Source: Cenarchaeum sp. (GTDB taxonomy: Archaea > Thermoproteota > Nitrososphaeria > Nitrososphaerales > Nitrosopumilaceae). Taken from it: 64,000 nt of DNA. The DNA lies in NCBI GenBank assembly GCA_963693095.2, contig OY843768.1, positions 384,001 to 448,000 on the forward strand, written 5' to 3'. Every line of letters starts with the position of its first letter. Positions within the stretch are counted from its first letter, which is position 1. Below are positions 8,370 to 17,464 of the stretch, piece after piece. The notes under the pieces were generated by a model, which was given only the letters and a program-made list of their open reading frames with translations, searched no databases and was not told the DNA's origin. The translations under genes and the position numbers were made by a program.

Positions 8370-9475
8370 GGCTCCAAAAGGTAGCCGTCAAGGCGGCCGC
8401 GCGCCTCCTCGCGCCGTGCCTGGTGCTCGCCCAGATACTCGACTGCGCGCTCGACTAGTATTGCCTTGAGCTCGCCGGTGAGCATGTCGCCTGCAGAGTA
8501 TGCGCCATGTATCTCGGCGAGGCGCGAGTCGTCTGGCTCAAAGAACATCCGCAAGTACTGGTATGACACGTCAATGTCCGGATTGCCCCCGAGGCGCCTG
8601 TGCTCGGCCACATCAGGCCGTCCGCCCGAGAACGCGTACTTGTTGACCTTTTTCCTGACGGCCTCTGGCGTATCTGTCGTGAATATTGCCGAGTTGGGAT
8701 CAGAGCTGCCCATCTTGCCGCCGGCGCCCTGCAGCGGGGGCATCATCATGTTGTGGATTAGGGCCGGCTTTGGGCGGCCTAGCAGGGGCGCCACGTCGCG
8801 CGTCAGCCTAAAGTGCGGATCCTGGTCAACACCGAGCGGAATCAGGACCGGCGCATCCTCGATATAGCACATCGCCGACTGGATTGACGTGTAGAATATC
8901 ATGCCAATGTTCGTCTCGCCGCCAAACCCGAATGTCGCCTTTGTGTTTGAAAAGTTTATGCGTTTTGCTATCTGCGCTGCCATGGGATAGAGGCGGTGTA
9001 TGTCCCTCGTGTCGATCACGACCCTTGTCCTCTCTGGGTCAAACCCGAGGGCGACAAAGTCGAGTGCGTTCTCGCGCGCAAGGCCGGCAGTGTCCTCGAG
9101 CGTGAGCTCCTTTTTTGCAAAAAACTTTTCGTCATCTGTGAGCTGAAAGTAGACCATTGTGCCAAACCTGTCCTGCAGCCACTTTGCAAACACCCATGGA
9201 ACGAGGTGCCCAATGTGGGTTGAGCCAGACGGTCCCCTCCCCGTGTACACAAAGAACGGCCTGCCTGCGGCATGCGCGTCAAGTATGCTGCCCATGTCGC
9301 GATGGGAGAAAAAGACCCCGCGCCTCAGCATAAAGTGGCTCTCGCCGGCGGCCTCCTCTATGCGCCTGAGCATGGGCGCGCCTATCCTCTGCGTCCCAAA
9401 GCGCTTGATGAGCTTTTCATAGTCTATCGAACCCTCGACCTTCCAGGGCGTGACAACAAAGTCCTCGCCGGGCAT
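8366..9475 (-). CDS. trpS: Tryptophanyl-tRNA synthetase
   Basis: YTGRGPS..HIGH, GVDQDPHFR and KMGSS motifs. Confidence 0.97.
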   Translation of the reverse strand: MPGEDFVVTPWKVEGSIDYEKLIKRFGTQRIGAPMLRRIEEAAGESHFMLRRGVFFSHRDMGSILDAHAAGRPFFVYTGRGPSGSTHIGHLVPWVFAKWLQDRFGTMVYFQLTDDEKFFAKKELTLEDTAGLARENALDFVALGFDPERTRVVIDTRDIHRLYPMAAQIAKRINFSNTKATFGFGGETNIGMIFYTSIQSAMCYIEDAPVLIPLGVDQDPHFRLTRDVAPLLGRPKPALIHNMMMPPLQGAGGKMGSSDPNSAIFTTDTPEAVRKKVNKYAFSGGRPDVAEHRRLGGNPDIDVSYQYLRMFFEPDDSRLAEIHGAYSAGDMLTGELKAILVERAVEYLGEHQARREEARGRLDGYLLEP

Positions 9476-9528
9476 TGGCGCGCATGAACTGTGAAGGTTT
9501 AAAAAGTCTTTTTGGGTTTTTGGTGCCG

Positions 9529-10929
9529 ATGCGGCCTGTCCTGCATGACATAGAGATAAAGATCGTCGACACGCTCCGGCGCGCGATGCCGACCCCGCTT
9601 GATGAGGCGGCCCTGGCGCGCGAGACGGGCCTTGGCGTGGACCAGGTTCGGCGCGGAACCGAGTGGCTGCGCCACAAGGGCCTCGCCGAGGTCAGCGAGA
9701 GCGTCACGAGAAGGGTCAGCCTAGGAGCAGCCGGCGCCATTGCCGCCAAGAGCGGCCTGCCCGAGAGGCGCCTCGCCGAGATGCTCATTGGCGGCCCAAA
9801 GGCCATGGCCGATGCGCAGTCCGAGCTTGGCGCGGACTTTGGGCCGGCGATGGGCGCTGCCAGGGCACTTGGGTGGATTGGCACGCGCGGACGGGATCTC
9901 GTCCTGTCCGGTGACGGGCCACCGGGCGAGGCGCCTGAGGAGTCAGTCATACGCGCAGCCTCGGCGAGCGGCGGCGTTGACGAGGCCGAGATTGCCAATG
10001 GCGGCGCACTCGCCTCGCTCCTGCGCAGGCCTGACATGCTGTCAGTCTCTGAGGCCACGACGCGCAGCGTCTCGCTGACGCGCAAGGGCCTTGATGCGGA
10101 TCCGGCATCGGCGCCAGGACAGATAGACGTCGAGGCTGACGCGCCGACGGTCTATCCGGCGCGGACGCATCCGCTAAAGGACACAATCGACGAGGTTCGC
10201 GAGATATTTGTCACGCTCGGCTTCGCCGAGGTCTCCGGCGCGCTCTGCCAGCCGGGATTCTGGAACTTTGATGCGCTCTTTACGCCGCAGGACCATCCGG
10301 CGCGCGAGATGCACGACACGTTCTACCTCGATGGCCTTTCGCACGTGCGCTTTGCGAGCGCGCGTGAGGCCTCTGCAGTCGCCGCCGAGCACAAGAGGCA
10401 CTGGGGAGGTGACTGGTCGTCTGCCGAGTCGCGCCGCAGCGTCCTGCGCACACACACGACGTGCGTGACGCTTCGGCACCTTGCCGAATCCAGGCCCGAC
10501 TCTGCGCGCGTCTTTTCGCTGGGTCGCGTGTTTCGCAACGAAAAGGTGAGCTACAAGCACCTCGTCGAGTTCAACCAGGTCGAGGGAGTCGTTGTCGGCC
10601 CTGACGTCACGCTGCGCGGACTCATGGGACTCCAGGCCGAGTTCTATAGGCGCATGGGCATGGAGAGGGTAAAGTTCTGGCCAACGTTCTTTCCGTACAC
10701 AGAGCCCTCGCTCCAGTCGATGGTCTACAGCGATGCGCTGGGCAAGTGGATAGAGCTCTTTGGGATGGGGATATTTCGCCCCGAGGTGACGCGCCCGCTG
10801 GGCATAAGGGGCCGTGTCCTGGCGTGGGGCGGGGGAATTGAGCGGATCGCGATGCTGAGGAGCGGCCTGTCTGACGTGCGCGAGCTGTATGCCAACAGGC
10901 TTGCGTGGCTGCGCGGGGGCGAGTCCTAG
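9529..10929 (+). CDS. pheS: Phenylalanyl-tRNA synthetase alpha subunit
   Basis: FWNFDALFTPQDHPAREMHDTF, RVFRNE, FPYTEPS and AWGGGIERIAM motifs. Confidence 0.97.
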   Translation: MRPVLHDIEIKIVDTLRRAMPTPLDEAALARETGLGVDQVRRGTEWLRHKGLAEVSESVTRRVSLGAAGAIAAKSGLPERRLAEMLIGGPKAMADAQSELGADFGPAMGAARALGWIGTRGRDLVLSGDGPPGEAPEESVIRAASASGGVDEAEIANGGALASLLRRPDMLSVSEATTRSVSLTRKGLDADPASAPGQIDVEADAPTVYPARTHPLKDTIDEVREIFVTLGFAEVSGALCQPGFWNFDALFTPQDHPAREMHDTFYLDGLSHVRFASAREASAVAAEHKRHWGGDWSSAESRRSVLRTHTTCVTLRHLAESRPDSARVFSLGRVFRNEKVSYKHLVEFNQVEGVVVGPDVTLRGLMGLQAEFYRRMGMERVKFWPTFFPYTEPSLQSMVYSDALGKWIELFGMGIFRPEVTRPLGIRGRVLAWGGGIERIAMLRSGLSDVRELYANRLAWLRGGES

Positions 10930-12645
10930 TTGCCAGTAGTCGAGCTCGAGATATCGCGCCTTGCGCGCCTCTCGCGCATACACCGCGACGCGATACTCGA
11001 TGCGCTTCCGTACATTGGCCTTGACATCGAGTCAGTCGACTCGCGCACAATCAGGGCAGAGTACAGCCCAAACCGGCCTGACTATGCGACCGAGTACGGG
11101 ATTGCGCAGGGACTGCTCGGGCTGCGCGGGGGCGTGACGGGCTCGCCGCGAGTGGCGATACACAGGCGTGGCGCGTATGCGCTGCGCGCAACGCCGCGCG
11201 CGCCGCGCGAGAGGCCGGCAGTCACGGCGATAGCGGCGCGCGGGGATCGCCTCGGCGAGCGCGGCGTGACGCAGCTCATATCGATGCAGGAGGATCTCCA
11301 TGCCGGAATCGGCCGCCACCGCAAAATCTCGTCGATCGGCCTGCACAACCTTGACGCGGTGAGGTTTCCGCTAGAGTACACGGTGGTGCGGCGCGACACA
11401 AAGATGGTTCCGCTGGGATCAAAGACAGAGCTCACGCTAGATGCGATCCTCGAAAAGACTGACGTTGGCCGCGAGTACGGCGCGCTGCTAGAGACGCCGA
11501 CGAAAATGCCGGCCATACTTGATGCGCGCGGCGAGATTGTGTCGTTTCCGCCAATCATAAACTCGACGCGCACGGCCATATCGACTGACACGCGCGGCAT
11601 CTTCGTCGAGGTCACCGGAGTGGACAGGCGCTCAGTGGAGGATGCGCTCTCCATAGCGGCCACGACCCTCTCGGCAGCAGAGTTTGATCTCCATGAGGTC
11701 AGGATAACGGGCGGTCGCAACTCCACGCCGCGCCTTGAGCCCCGCAAGATGTCCCTTGATGCCGGGCTCGTGGGCAGCACGATCGGCGTGGATATGTCGG
11801 CCACCGAGGTCGCCGAGTGCATCCGCAAGAGCCGCATCGACGCCACGGTCTCCGGAAAGCGCGTCACGTGCATGGTTCCGCGCTACCGCTTTGACGTGCT
11901 CGGCGAGATGGATCTCGTCGAGGAGGCCGTTCTCGGGTATGGCATTGATGCGATCGAGCCGCTGCTGCCTCCGCAGGCGTCAGCCGGCTCGCCCTCGCGC
12001 GAGTCGGTCCGCCTTGGCGCAGTCTCGGCGTGCATGGTGGGCCTTGGATACACCGAGACGCTCAGCTCCGGCCTCGTCGGCGAGGACGTTCACGGCCTCT
12101 CTGATGCGGACAAGTCCTCGATGATCCACGTGGCCGCGCCAAAGAGCCGCGCCCACACGATACTGCGAGACTCGCTCGTGGCCGGACTCCTCGGCGTGCT
12201 CTCGCGCAACGTGCACGAGGCGTACCCGCAGCGCCTCTTTGAGACCGGCACGACGTTTGCGCGCGCCGAGCCGGTCATCGAGCACATGGCGATCGCCGGG
12301 GTGACGGCCCATGCCGGTGCGGGCTTTACGGAGGCAAAGTCCGTGGCGTCTGCAGTAATGCGCCTCCTCGGAAGGCAGATGTCCACTAGCGCAGCACAGC
12401 ATGCGCCATACGCCGACGGCCACTCGGCAGACATCACAGTTGACGGGGTGCGCGTGGGCACCATTGGTGACGTGCGCGCCGATGCGCTAGAGCGCCTGCG
12501 CATACGCGAGGCCGTTGCGGCCTTTGAGATCGACCTTGATGCGCTGCCTGCCGCACCGGGGAGCCCAAAGCGCCAATACCGGCGCCGCAAGGCCGCTACG
12601 GCCAAACGGCCTGCAAGGGGCACAAAGGCCAGGGCGGATCAATAG
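10930..12645 (+). CDS. pheT: Phenylalanyl-tRNA synthetase beta subunit, with a basic C-terminal extension
   Basis: YSPNRPD, QEDLH, SFPPIINS and DLVEE motifs; directly follows pheS. Confidence 0.95.
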   Translation: MPVVELEISRLARLSRIHRDAILDALPYIGLDIESVDSRTIRAEYSPNRPDYATEYGIAQGLLGLRGGVTGSPRVAIHRRGAYALRATPRAPRERPAVTAIAARGDRLGERGVTQLISMQEDLHAGIGRHRKISSIGLHNLDAVRFPLEYTVVRRDTKMVPLGSKTELTLDAILEKTDVGREYGALLETPTKMPAILDARGEIVSFPPIINSTRTAISTDTRGIFVEVTGVDRRSVEDALSIAATTLSAAEFDLHEVRITGGRNSTPRLEPRKMSLDAGLVGSTIGVDMSATEVAECIRKSRIDATVSGKRVTCMVPRYRFDVLGEMDLVEEAVLGYGIDAIEPLLPPQASAGSPSRESVRLGAVSACMVGLGYTETLSSGLVGEDVHGLSDADKSSMIHVAAPKSRAHTILRDSLVAGLLGVLSRNVHEAYPQRLFETGTTFARAEPVIEHMAIAGVTAHAGAGFTEAKSVASAVMRLLGRQMSTSAAQHAPYADGHSADITVDGVRVGTIGDVRADALERLRIREAVAAFEIDLDALPAAPGSPKRQYRRRKAATAKRPARGTKARADQ

Positions 12646-12757
12646 GGCTCGCCCGCGCACGGCTGTCGCCTCTGGGTTTTGCCGTGCCTGTGGCGCGCGT
12701 GATGCGGGGAGTGGCCGCTGAAGGGTTAATTATGCCCAGTGCGTCTAGTGTGCCATA

Positions 12758-13069
12758 ATGGCCGACGCGTGTGACGATCAAAAGGCGCTTGACGCGCTCC
12801 TCGATCCCGTCACGTCAGGACTTGTCTCCTCGCTGGAGGGCGGCTCGAGAACACTGGCGCAACTATGCGAGTCCTCTGGCCTTTCTGCAGCAGACATCAC
12901 CGAGAGGCTGTCATATCTATCCGAGCACGGGCTGCTGGACAGGACAGGCGAGGGCGACACGGTCACCTATGCGGTCAATGCAAAAAAGATTGATGCGGTT
13001 CTCTCCAGGTCAGGCCACTTTGATGGCGCGATCGACATGGTCACGCAGATGGACTCGTTTCTCAACTAG
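12758..13069 (+). CDS. Small winged-HTH (ArsR-like) protein
   Basis: TLAQLCESSGLSAADITERLSYLSEHGLL helix-turn-helix pattern. Confidence 0.7.
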   Translation: MADACDDQKALDALLDPVTSGLVSSLEGGSRTLAQLCESSGLSAADITERLSYLSEHGLLDRTGEGDTVTYAVNAKKIDAVLSRSGHFDGAIDMVTQMDSFLN

Positions 13070-13586
13070 CGCGAATCCGCCTTATGGCATATATCCCAAC
13101 AGAGGCCGCAAGAGCCACCATGCCGGCGATTATGACATACGAGCCAATGCTTGCGTACACGAGAACCTCGTCACCGGGCACGTACCCTATTGCGGCAATG
13201 ATCTCGGCGTCAGTCGTTCCGGCATTTTTCACCTCGAGCTCGTGCACTCCTGCCACGAGGATGTCAAAGCGCTCCTCGACAGAGTCGGTGCCCGAGTGCT
13301 CGGCGCCGAGCATGCCTCCCTCGGGCCATATGATGCGCACGTCTGCGTCCAAGTCGTTCCCGCCGACCTCGCGCAGCGCATAGACGCCGCCAGGCGAGAC
13401 GGCGGGGTCGAGCACGACTGCCACTGTGAGGGTCTCCTCGGCGCCGAGCACGCCTGCGCCCGTCTCCAGGCCCGCAGTGGCCGCCTGCGTTCCGACATAC
13501 GAGAGGGCAAGGCCACCGAGCATGATTGCGCCAGAGAGGGCAAAGAGCGCCATGGGCCTCATGCGCGCACGCCTTGCGTGCCCCAC
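13062..13586 (-). CDS. Hypothetical membrane protein (two TM helices flanking a beta-rich domain)
   Basis: N- and C-terminal hydrophobic helices. Confidence 0.65.
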   Translation of the reverse strand: MGHARRARMRPMALFALSGAIMLGGLALSYVGTQAATAGLETGAGVLGAEETLTVAVVLDPAVSPGGVYALREVGGNDLDADVRIIWPEGGMLGAEHSGTDSVEERFDILVAGVHELEVKNAGTTDAEIIAAIGYVPGDEVLVYASIGSYVIIAGMVALAASVGIYAIRRIRAS

Positions 13587-13611
13587 AGTTAAGTCTTGGC
13601 GGGCTCCAAAA

Positions 13612-15127
13612 GTATGAGGTCAGCACCTAGACCGCACGCATGACCTCGGCCACCACGCTCTTCCCCATGGCCCTCCACGTCAGGAAGCACGTCAGGAGGA
13701 TAGACATGCGCCTGGCAGCCGCCGCGCCCCCCTTGAGCTGGCCGCTCACCTTGCGGCGCACGACCACGTCGCGCAGCTCCCTCTCGGCGGCGTTGTTCGT
13801 GGGCGCGACGCCGGCATGCTCGCAGAACGCGAACATCTGCGGCGCGGCGCGGCGGAGCCTGGCCACGGCGCGCGCCAGCTCCCCGCCCCCGCCGTCGTCG
13901 TGCCGGTCCAGCAGCGACGCCAGGGCATCCTCCATCGCGCGCCGCAGCTCCGCGCACGGCGCGACGGCGGTGTCCCTGGCGGCGCGGTACAGCGAGAGGA
14001 GGTCGGCGTGCAGCCCTGGCAGCGCCCCGCCGTGCATCCTGGCGGCGTGCTCCACGGCGCGCAGCTCGTGCGCCCAGCACCGCTGGTGCATCCCGCCGAC
14101 GTCGAACCTGTTGTACGCCGGGTGCCCGTCGGTTATCGCCACGCCGACGAACCCCGGCAGGATCACGTCGAGCACCTGCGCTCCCCTGCTCTTGCTGAAC
14201 TCCACCCCGACATGGCACCCGTGCTTCGCCGCCCACGTCCAGTGGCCCTCGCCGGAGCTTGGGAACCCCGTCTCGTCCACGTGCACGTGCGGCGCCCTCC
14301 TGATCTCCGCCCATATGCGCTTGGCCTCCGGCTCCAGCGCGTCGGCCACGTTGTCCCTTATGCGCAGCACGGTCGCCTTTGACATGGAGACCCCGTGCAC
14401 TTCCAGCATCTCGGCGGCGATCCGCTCGACGGGCGTCCGAGTGCGCACGGACGACGCCACGGTGCCGACGAGCCTCCTGCCGTAGGACCCGCGGGCCGGC
14501 AGGCCGGAGTCCGCCCGCCGCGTCGCGCCGCAGTCCGCGCACGTGGCCGACTCGACATAGTGCCGCGTCTCGACCGGCCGCGGGGGCGGGATCTCGATGA
14601 TGTCGCGCACCGCCGTCGTGACCTCCATGCGGCCGCCGCACTCGCACGGCCTGCGGTCGACGCGGTGCCGCTCCGTCTCGGTCGGCGCGTGCCGGCGCGA
14701 CGTGCCGCGGTGGCCGGGCCTGCCGCCGGGCGTCCCGTGCGGCGGGAGCTCGCCGCGCTCCCTCGCCCGCCGCAGCTCGCGCTTCCTCCTCTTGTGCTCC
14801 AGCGACGCCGACGACGGCGGCGTGTTGGCGTTCTGGTAGTACGACAGCGTGCGCCTCATCGTCTCGACCTCCGCCTCCAGCTCGGCGATCCTCTCGTCCC
14901 TCGACCTGACGGTGTCCTCCAGCCCGTGGACCTCCCCCTGCAGCTCCTTGACCTGCAGGCCCAGCGCCCTGGAGATCCCCTCGACGGCCCTGAGCCTGCC
15001 ATTGAGCTGTGCCAGCGTGCTGTCCTGCTTCCCGCGACCCTTCACGCCCCGGCGCGCGCCCCAGCGGTAAATGGATCGGTAGGATCGCGCCTATTTGACC
15101 AAATGGGCAGGGGTGCTGACCTCATAC
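13612..15127 (-). mobile_element. IS66-family insertion sequence (single-ORF, ISBst12-group-like), 1516 bp
   Basis: Perfect 16-bp terminal inverted repeats GTATGAGGTCAGCACC (13612-13627 / 15112-15127). 8-bp target duplication CTCCAAAA (13604-13611, 15128-15135). Confidence 0.95.
13627..15045 (-). CDS. IS66-family DDE transposase
   Basis: N-terminal coiled coil, NANTPPSS, GGRPGHRG, Zn finger (CECG..CADCG), HVDETG, TDG, QRCWAH and TNNAAERELR motifs. Confidence 0.95.
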   Translation of the reverse strand: MKGRGKQDSTLAQLNGRLRAVEGISRALGLQVKELQGEVHGLEDTVRSRDERIAELEAEVETMRRTLSYYQNANTPPSSASLEHKRRKRELRRARERGELPPHGTPGGRPGHRGTSRRHAPTETERHRVDRRPCECGGRMEVTTAVRDIIEIPPPRPVETRHYVESATCADCGATRRADSGLPARGSYGRRLVGTVASSVRTRTPVERIAAEMLEVHGVSMSKATVLRIRDNVADALEPEAKRIWAEIRRAPHVHVDETGFPSSGEGHWTWAAKHGCHVGVEFSKSRGAQVLDVILPGFVGVAITDGHPAYNRFDVGGMHQRCWAHELRAVEHAARMHGGALPGLHADLLSLYRAARDTAVAPCAELRRAMEDALASLLDRHDDGGGGELARAVARLRRAAPQMFAFCEHAGVAPTNNAAERELRDVVVRRKVSGQLKGGAAAARRMSILLTCFLTWRAMGKSVVAEVMRAV

Positions 15128-15131
15128 CTCC

Positions 15132-15180
15132 AAAAAGTTAGACGAGGGTAAAAAAGTTAGACTAGGCTAAATCTTTAATA
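15132..15180 (+). promoter_or_regulatory. Candidate metal-regulator operator and TATA box of the MCO-ZIP operon
   Basis: Direct repeat AAAAAGTTAGAC (15132-15143, 15151-15162), near-palindrome TTAGACTAGGCTAA (15157-15170) and TTTAATA (15174-15180). Confidence 0.5.
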
Positions 15181-15206
15181 TGTGCCCCCGCCCTGCCCAC
15201 GGCAGG

Positions 15207-16226
15207 ATGGCAGTAACGCGCTCGATGGCGATGGCAATTGGGATCGCCGCAACGGCACTCATGGGCGTGGCCCTCATGATCCCGCAGGCCATGACCGAGC
15301 CTGAGGCGAGGGTCTTTGTGACGCACTCGGGCGCCGTGGTGAGGACGACCGGTGATGTCCTCGACCCCCTCTACACGTCCTCTGATGTCGAGTTTGACCC
15401 CATGGAGTACCTGCGCGAGTTCAACTATGGGGACATCTCGACGATGGCAGACGGGCGCACGCTGCGCGAGTTCACCATAGTCGCCGAGGACGACAAAATC
15501 ATGGAGATCTCGCCGGGAGTCTTTTACAACGTCTGGACGTACAACGGGACAGTTCCCGGCCCGACGATTCGCGCCACAGAGGGCGACGTTGTGCGCATCA
15601 ACTTTATCAACAACGGCGCCAAGGAGCACACGATCCACTTTCACGGAATACATCCGGCCGGCATGGACGGCGTCTTTGAGCCAGTCGGTCGCAACGGCGG
15701 GACGTTCACGTACGAGTTCGAGGCAGCCCCTGCCGGAGTCCACCCCTACCACTGCCACATAATGCCGCTCGAGGAGCACATCATCCACGGGCTCTATGGC
15801 GCGTTCATTGTGGATCCAGTGTCGCCTAGGGCAGAGGCCGACGAGATGGTCATGGTCCTCAACGGGTTTGACACTGACTTTGACTCTGAGAACAACTTTT
15901 ACGCCGCAAACACGGTTCCGTTCTACTATCAGCACCACCCAATAGAGATAGGACTGGGCGAGCTCATACGAGTCTATGTCCTCAACATGGTCGAGTTTGA
16001 TCCCATAAACAACTTTCACCTGCATGGCAACATGTACGACTATTATCCGACCGGAACGTACAGGGTTCCGTCAATGTTCACGGACATGATAACGCTCTCG
16101 CAGACAGAGCGCGGAATCATGGAGTTCACGTATGCCTATCCGGGCAAGTACATGTTCCACGCGCACAAGGTCGAGTTTTCAGAAAAGGGGTGGTCAGGCA
16201 TATTCCTGGTCAGCGATGGCCAATAG
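15207..16226 (+). CDS. Two-domain multicopper oxidase (membrane-anchored, T1 site in domain 1)
   Basis: HTIHFHG, YHCH...H..HGL, FHLHG and FHAH copper motifs; N-terminal TM/signal. Confidence 0.9.
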   Translation: MAVTRSMAMAIGIAATALMGVALMIPQAMTEPEARVFVTHSGAVVRTTGDVLDPLYTSSDVEFDPMEYLREFNYGDISTMADGRTLREFTIVAEDDKIMEISPGVFYNVWTYNGTVPGPTIRATEGDVVRINFINNGAKEHTIHFHGIHPAGMDGVFEPVGRNGGTFTYEFEAAPAGVHPYHCHIMPLEEHIIHGLYGAFIVDPVSPRAEADEMVMVLNGFDTDFDSENNFYAANTVPFYYQHHPIEIGLGELIRVYVLNMVEFDPINNFHLHGNMYDYYPTGTYRVPSMFTDMITLSQTERGIMEFTYAYPGKYMFHAHKVEFSEKGWSGIFLVSDGQ

Positions 16227-17385
16227 GGGGCAGCCGCGCTCCGCGATCCGGATCGCCCAGGGTGCAGTCCCGCTTGCCCTGGCGGCGGTCCTCATCGCCT
16301 ACGTCATCATCCCCGGACCCGGCCTTGAGCAGCCCGGCATGGTCATACTGCCCGAGATCACGATCGAGCGCATAGAGTTTGCCGACGGCGAGATACGCGC
16401 AAGCGTGCGCAACACGGGCCACCTCGACGTGAGCATCGCGCAGGCCGACATCAATGACCGCATACAGCCGTCTGCGGCCGAGCCGGACAAGTCGCTGGGC
16501 TGGCTAGAGTCAGCAACCGTTCGCATCCCGTACGAGTGGAACGCCGGCGAGCCCTATGAGGTTGGGATCACGCTCGATGACGGGACGCGCTTTGCGCGCG
16601 CAGTCGAGGCCGCAGTGCCGGCCCTGCGGGCCGACGGGCCGACAGTGTCGTACCTCCTGGCCATTGGCGCGTGCGTTGGCGTCATTCCCGTGATGATCGG
16701 CCTCATGTGGCGTCCGGCCATCGCGCGACTCTCGAGTGCGGCGCGCACGACAATCCTGGCGTTCACCATTGGCCTCCTCGCCTTTATCGCCGTGGACACG
16801 ATGCGCGAGGCACTCGACGTGTCTGCGGCCTGGGGCATTGATGCCGGATACAACGGGACGCTCCTTGCGGTAACTGCGGCGACCCTGGTCTTTCTGGCCA
16901 TGCGCTACGCATCCTCGGCGATGCGCAGGGCCGGCGCTAATGCGCCTGTCACGATCGCAATCCTCGTAGCCGCCGGAATCGGCCTGCACAACCTCGGCGA
17001 GGGCCTGGCCATAGGGGCCGCTGCCGCGCTCGGGCAGGCCGCATTCACGTCATTTCTCATAGTCGGCCTCGCGCTGCACAACCTGACCGAAGGCCTGGCA
17101 ATTGCGGCCCCCGTGGCCCGCTCGAGGGTGGGCCTGGCGAGGATGGCCGGACTCGGCCTCATCGCCGGCCTGCCCGTCATGGCCGGAACGGCCGCCGGCG
17201 GCCTACTCTTCTCGCCGGCTGCCGCAGTCATTCTCCTGGCCGCCGCCTCGGGGGCAGTCGTGCAGGTCATCGTCTCCATGGTCTCGTGGATGCGCTCGGA
17301 GGGCATGGAGATCAGCGGTGGGCCGGCACTCGTGGGCGTGGGGGCGGGTATGCTTGCGCTGTATGCGGTAAGCGTGCTGGCCTGA
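16216..17385 (+). CDS. ZIP-family metal transporter with an N-terminal extracellular domain
   Basis: IGLHNLGEGLAIG and ALHNLTEGLAI motifs; start overlaps the MCO end. Confidence 0.9.
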   Translation: MANRGQPRSAIRIAQGAVPLALAAVLIAYVIIPGPGLEQPGMVILPEITIERIEFADGEIRASVRNTGHLDVSIAQADINDRIQPSAAEPDKSLGWLESATVRIPYEWNAGEPYEVGITLDDGTRFARAVEAAVPALRADGPTVSYLLAIGACVGVIPVMIGLMWRPAIARLSSAARTTILAFTIGLLAFIAVDTMREALDVSAAWGIDAGYNGTLLAVTAATLVFLAMRYASSAMRRAGANAPVTIAILVAAGIGLHNLGEGLAIGAAAALGQAAFTSFLIVGLALHNLTEGLAIAAPVARSRVGLARMAGLGLIAGLPVMAGTAAGGLLFSPAAAVILLAAASGAVVQVIVSMVSWMRSEGMEISGGPALVGVGAGMLALYAVSVLA

Positions 17386-17464
17386 GTGGATAAGCTTTGG
17401 CCCCCTGCGGGGTCAATTATGATCCCACTCAATACATAAATACTTTGGAGGCCGCTAGGGGGCG

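Noticed and set aside
13589-15141. Extra long ORFs inside the IS (possible tnpA/tnpB accessory genes)
   Set aside because: They are Arg/Pro/Gly-rich alternate-frame or antisense shadows caused by very high GC, with no IS66 TnpA/TnpB motifs.
15207-16226. Copper nitrite reductase (nirK) call
   Set aside because: Four HxH motifs (HFH, HCH, HLH, HAH) indicate a trinuclear-cluster two-domain MCO, and the ZIP coupling fits metal handling.
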